Of a DNA stretch of 64,000 nt, positions 59,895 to 64,000 are shown one piece after another (position 1 is the stretch's first letter; every line of letters begins with the position of its first letter). Source of the stretch: Myxococcales bacterium. GTDB lineage: Bacteria; Myxococcota_A; Polyangia; Polyangiales; DASUME01. The stretch spans positions 4,544,001 through 4,608,000 of the forward strand of contig JASGJH010000001.1 in assembly GCA_047601445.1 (NCBI GenBank), in the 5' to 3' direction. A program made the position numbers and the translations under genes. The notes under the pieces were generated by a model. That model saw only the letters and a list, made by a program, of their open reading frames with translations, had not been told where the DNA came from and made no database searches.

Positions 59895-60033
59895 GGCCCC
59901 TGACACAGGCGGTGCGCGACCTTCACGCTCCGGACGCAAAGTTTACAGCGAAGCCCGCTGAAGGAGACGGTTTTTGTGTGCTCGGTACGCGGGAGACGCC
60001 CCCCCCGGGGTCGGCGGGCCGAGGCGCCGTCGA

Positions 60034-60099
60034 AGCGCGCCCTTCGGGCGTGCGAGCGGAAAAGGGAGCGCGCCCCTCGGGCGTGCGAGCGGAAAAGGA
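60034..60099. repeat. 33-bp hairpin unit x2
   Basis: AGCGCGCCC(T/C)TCGGGCGTGCGAGCGGAAAAGG in tandem. Confidence 0.8.
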
Positions 60100-60129
60100 T
60101 GTGCGCCGAGGGCCGCGAGAGCCGGCGGC

Positions 60130-60618
60130 TCACATACCCGAAGCGATCTTGTACTCGCCGCCCTGGTCCTTGGTGAGGATCATGCGGTTGTCGGCCAGGC
60201 GGCGCTCCCAGCGGGGCACCCCGTCGATGGAATTGACGCGGAAGCGACCGATGTAGGTGTAGTCCACCAGCACCTTCGTGGGCAGAAAGACCACGTCGCG
60301 ATACTTGATGTCGTAGTGGACCGCCAAGAGATCGGGGCCGAACATCGTCTTCAGGGTCGTGGCGAGCCCCTCGCGGTCGACGTCGTCATCCCCCTGGGGC
60401 GTGCCCATGTCGTCGAAATAGTCCTCGGCAGCCAGCGAAACCAGCTTGCCGACGTCCCGCTTGACCACCGCGGAGCGATAGACCTCGACGAACTTGATGA
60501 CGTCGCGAGCCTCTGGCGAGTCTTCCACGTCGGTGTTGGGGATCGTGTCATGGGCACAGGCACCCAGTGACAACAGGCCCAGCAGCAAAAAAGCTCGCGC
60601 TCGCATCATCGATTTCAT
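60130..60618 (-). CDS. Lipoprotein, NTF2/SnoaL-like fold probable
   Basis: Lipobox LGAC then IPNTDVED..YR.AV..RD..Y.DD.GTP..DD; C-terminal part of ORF 60130..61722. Confidence 0.7.
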   Translation of the reverse strand: MKSMMRARAFLLLGLLSLGACAHDTIPNTDVEDSPEARDVIKFVEVYRSAVVKRDVGKLVSLAAEDYFDDMGTPQGDDDVDREGLATTLKTMFGPDLLAVHYDIKYRDVVFLPTKVLVDYTYIGRFRVNSIDGVPRWERRLADNRMILTKDQGGEYKIASGM

Positions 60619-60674
60619 CCTGCCTGCTCGGAACGCCAACCCGCGCCCCAGCCAAAACTCGCACACGCGTCCCG

Positions 60675-61750
60675 CTATTCCCCGTGACTCCTCCTGGGGA
60701 GGCCGCGGGAGCGACGACGCGGGCCGAGTTTCCTCGATAGCGCCAAGAAGAGCAAACCCGCGACCGAGCCGGCCCCGGAGCCGTGTTCCACCCGACAGCC
60801 CAGGGGGTTTTTGCCGCTCGCGGGCGCCATCTTCGTCAGGTCCACCTGACCCCGACGCAACCTCCCACCTGGACCGACCAGGGCGGCAGAGACCAGCCCG
60901 GCTCGACTGGTTCCCTGGAAACGAGCCTGGGCCTTCGGCCCCAGCGCACTTTTCCACGGTGTGAGGCGCCAAAACACCTGGGCGCCCTGCGGGACCTGGC
61001 GCACCTCCAGCATCACGCTCTCGGTGCGCTCCCGCGCTGGCGTCACCTCGATGGCCAGCCGCTCCCCCTTCACCTCGCGCGCAGCCGGCCCCAGGCGCAA
61101 CGGGCGACCCGGCTCGAGCTCCATCAGCAGCACGACCCCATCCCCGAGCTCCCCGCGTTCGGTGGGCAGGGGATATCCCCGCGCCGAGTCCGCACCCGCG
61201 AGTCCGCCAGTGCCCCCCAGGTGCACCCGCAGCGTCCTCGGGCAGCTCGCGCTGACCAGCACCGCCCCGTCGGCAGAGGGTCCCTCGCGTGAATACTCGC
61301 AGGCAGGTGGCTCGGCGCCGCCCACGCGCAATCCAGCGGGCACGCTTTGCGTACCACCGGGGAACCGCACCTTGAGCTGGTAGACCCCGGGCGCCATCCA
61401 GTGAGGCACGGAGACATCGACTCGATAAGCCAGGGAGTGACTCGCGAGCGGACGCAGGTCCTCCACGGCCAGGGAAAAACACAGGTGCTCGGGTGCCCCG
61501 AAGGACAGGCCGTTCGCGCAGGCCAACACGCCGAACGCGCGGTGGGCACGCGGCTCCTGAATGCCCGGCGGCGGCGTGAGCGCCGTGGCGCTGTTGACCA
61601 CCAACGAGAAGCTCGCGCCAGGCTCCGCTCGGACCGGCTGCTCGGCACTCGGTGAGATCAGCCCTCGCTCGGTCTCCTGCGCCGACCCAGCCGAAGCGGA
61701 CAACGCCACGCCCAACGAACACAGCGCGATCGCGCGCCTCCAGAGCCCAT
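60675..61750 (-). CDS. Secreted protein with MYXO-CTERM-like tail (start needs one extra G near 61746)
   Basis: Signal LWRRAIALCSLGVALSASA; C-terminal GC-linker-hydrophobic-RRR; ATG at 61750 overlaps upstream stop but is one base out of frame. Confidence 0.55.
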
Positions 61751-62766
61751 CAAGGCTCGGCCATCGCGCTCGGCACGAAACTCGGTCGCTTCCAATCGTC
61801 AGGATGGATACCCAGGAACAGCTCTACCGCAGTCGGGTCTAGCTGGCTGCCTGAAACCCGCGCGATCTCTTCACGAGCCTGGGTTTCGCTGCGGGCAGGT
61901 CGATGGGGGCGCTCGTGGGTGAGCGCTTCGAACGTATCGATCACCGAAAACAGCCGCGCGAGCAGGGGAATGTCGCTGCCCGAGAGCCGGTGGGGATAGC
62001 CCGAACCGTCATAGTGTTCGTGGTGGTAGAGCACCACGGAGAGCCCGCCCGCGAGCAGCTCCGAACTTCGCAAGAACTCCGCGCCCAGCAGGGGATGTTG
62101 CTGCACTTGCCGCCACTCACGCTCGCAGTAGGGGGTCGGGTGCCGAAGCAAGGTCTCTGGAATGCAGAACATGCCCACATCGTGCAGCAAGGCGCCGACC
62201 TCGAGGTCACGCAAGGCAGGGACCTCGAGCCCCGCGAGGCTCCCGAGCTTGAGCGCCCCACGCGAGAGTCGCAGCGCGTGCTCGAGCGTCTCCACGTGGT
62301 CGACGGCGAGTGCGGACACCAAGCTCAGGGCGAGACTGCGGGCTTCATTCGACCCCTGACGTCCCCGTTGCTCTGCCCGCAAGCCCGACAGAGCGAGCGG
62401 CAGCTGCGGATTGCCGTCGGCCTTGGTGACGATGGCATCCACCACCACGGGGGAGACGGCCCGCGCGATCTCGCTGAGATGGGACTCGCCCGTGTACAGG
62501 ATGCGCCGTGTGTTCGGCGAGAAGCTGCGCACCAGCCGCAGGAGCTCCGCGCCGTCGAGATCCGGCATGTGGAGATCGGCCACCACCGCAAAGGGTTCTC
62601 CCTGGATCACCTCGCGCAGTGCGGTGCGTGGATGATCGCAAGAGATCACGTGATAGCCGCTGCGTGTCAGCAAGCGTCGCGTCACGGCGAGCACCAGCGG
62701 ATCGTCATCCACGACCACCACCCGGGGCGTGCGCTCCTCCGAGTCGCCGCCGGCGTTCGAGCTCAT
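61750..62766 (-). CDS. REC-HD-GYP cyclic di-nucleotide phosphodiesterase
   Basis: VVVVDDD..ADLHMP; LHDVG, HHEHYDGSGYP, IPLLAR. Confidence 0.9.
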   Translation of the reverse strand: MSSNAGGDSEERTPRVVVVDDDPLVLAVTRRLLTRSGYHVISCDHPRTALREVIQGEPFAVVADLHMPDLDGAELLRLVRSFSPNTRRILYTGESHLSEIARAVSPVVVDAIVTKADGNPQLPLALSGLRAEQRGRQGSNEARSLALSLVSALAVDHVETLEHALRLSRGALKLGSLAGLEVPALRDLEVGALLHDVGMFCIPETLLRHPTPYCEREWRQVQQHPLLGAEFLRSSELLAGGLSVVLYHHEHYDGSGYPHRLSGSDIPLLARLFSVIDTFEALTHERPHRPARSETQAREEIARVSGSQLDPTAVELFLGIHPDDWKRPSFVPSAMAEP

Positions 62767-62867
62767 CGAGCCTCCCTGTGAACGAGGAAGTCTATCAAAG
62801 CACGCGCGCCGAGTTGGGCTTTTCCCTGCCGATGCAAGCACGTTGGCAGCCCCCAAATGGGCACATT

Positions 62868-64000
62868 TCAGGCGATTTCGTAGTCCTTGATCTTGTAGAG
62901 CAGCGCGCGATGGCTGATCTCCAGGAGCTTGGCAGCGGCGGTGCGGTTGCCCTGTGTGCGCTCGAGAGCCTTACGGATCAGCGTCTCCTCGATCACGCGG
63001 CTCGTACGCTTGATGGAGAGCTCACCGCTCGCCAACGTGAGCGCCACTGGGTCGTGCCCTTCGGCCAGTCGCTCTGGCAAGTCATCGGGGCTCAACATGT
63101 CGCCCTCGGCCAGCACCATCGCACGCTCGATCATGTTCTCGAGCTCTCGCACGTTGCCCGGGAAGGCGTAGCGGGACAACAGCTTGAGGGCCTCGGGGGT
63201 CATACCGCGCAGCTGGGTCCCGAAGCGTGCGTTGTACTTGGCCAGGAAGTGCTCGATCAAAAGTGGCAGGTCACCAGGTCGGTCGCGCAGCGGGGGCAAC
63301 GTGATCTGCAGCACGTTGAGGCGATAGTAGAGATCCTCCCGAAAGCGGGCCTCCTTCACCTCTCGACTCAAGTCGCGCACGGTGGCCGCGATCACGCGCA
63401 CGTCCACCGCGATGTCCTTGGTGTCGCCGAGGCGGCGCACCACCCCCTCCTGCAGAGCCCGCAAGAGCTTCACCTGGAGCGACAAGGGCAGCTCACCGAT
63501 TTCGTCCAAGAACAAGGTGCCCTGATGGGCCTCCTCGAAGAGCCCGCGCTTGTCGCTGGAAGCGTCCGTGAAGGCTCCCCGCTTGTGCCCGAACAGCTCG
63601 CTCTCCATGAGCGCCTCCGGGATGGCGCCGCAATTCACGGCCACGAAGGGCTTACCGGAGCGCGGGCTCAACTGATGGATCCCGCGCGCCACGAGCTCCT
63701 TGCCGGTGCCGCTGGGACCGTGCAGGAGCACGGTGGTGGTGTAGGCGGCGACCTTCTCCATGGTGCGAAACACGCGCTGCATGGGCTCGCTCTTGCCGAG
63801 CAACTCCCCGAGCTGATGCTGCTTACGCATGGCCTCGCGGAGGGCCCTGTTCTCGCGCCGCAACGCCTCCCGCTCCTCGGCTTTGCGCAGTACCAGCAGG
63901 ACCTCGTCGTGCTTGAAGGGCTTGGCCAGGTAGTCGTAGGCCCCGGCTTTCATGGCTTCGATCGCCAGATCGACGGAGCCGTAGGCGCTCATCACCACGA
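62868..64000 (-). CDS. Sigma54-dependent NtrC-family response regulator (5' end outside window)
   Basis: GPSGTGKE, ESELFGH..GAFTDA, LFLDEIGE, FREDLYYRLNV, GNVRELEN, Fis-type HTH. Confidence 0.95.
   Translation of the reverse strand, partial: VVMSAYGSVDLAIEAMKAGAYDYLAKPFKHDEVLLVLRKAEEREALRRENRALREAMRKQHQLGELLGKSEPMQRVFRTMEKVAAYTTTVLLHGPSGTGKELVARGIHQLSPRSGKPFVAVNCGAIPEALMESELFGHKRGAFTDASSDKRGLFEEAHQGTLFLDEIGELPLSLQVKLLRALQEGVVRRLGDTKDIAVDVRVIAATVRDLSREVKEARFREDLYYRLNVLQITLPPLRDRPGDLPLLIEHFLAKYNARFGTQLRGMTPEALKLLSRYAFPGNVRELENMIERAMVLAEGDMLSPDDLPERLAEGHDPVALTLASGELSIKRTSRVIEETLIRKALERTQGNRTAAAKLLEISHRALLYKIKDYEIA

Noticed and set aside
60034..60099. Possible mini-CRISPR
   Set aside because: Only two adjacent units and no spacer.

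Overview
GC-rich bacterial chromosome segment, most consistent with Myxococcota (Polyangiales-like). The evidence is Cys-rich and GD-linker lipoproteins, a fibro-slime/CGDG-repeat protein, a GltJ/AgmX-like motility protein, a MYXO-CTERM-like protein and a Frz-like chemosensory cluster. Left third: a GT-C glycosyltransferase, a giant Cys-rich di-heme cytochrome c lipoprotein and a multiheme cytochrome, inside a dispersed Frz-like Che system. That system comprises CheW, a pseudo-REC/pseudo-Hpt protein, CheA-REC, CheB, CheR-TPR, two RRs, an Hpt and a transmembrane MCP co-transcribed with a porin, a small binding protein and a lipoprotein. Middle: caleosin-like gene, YihY, GH5, fibro-slime, an IS256 remnant between inverted heptamer arrays, lgt, AKR, a MITE-like palindrome, tRNA-Met, an RND pump, mepA and a 5'-nucleotidase. 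Right: degenerate GGDEF, kamDE-kal-kce lysine catabolism, MocR/GNAT, RlmN-like, hpt, orphan fliQ/fliR-like genes, MshEN-REC-TPR, HD-GYP and a sigma54 regulator. Several genes are split by single-base indels; four are repaired by reverting GAATC/GATTC to GATC, suggesting a motif-specific sequencing artefact, possibly from DNA modification. Family calls come from motif recognition only; no searches were run.
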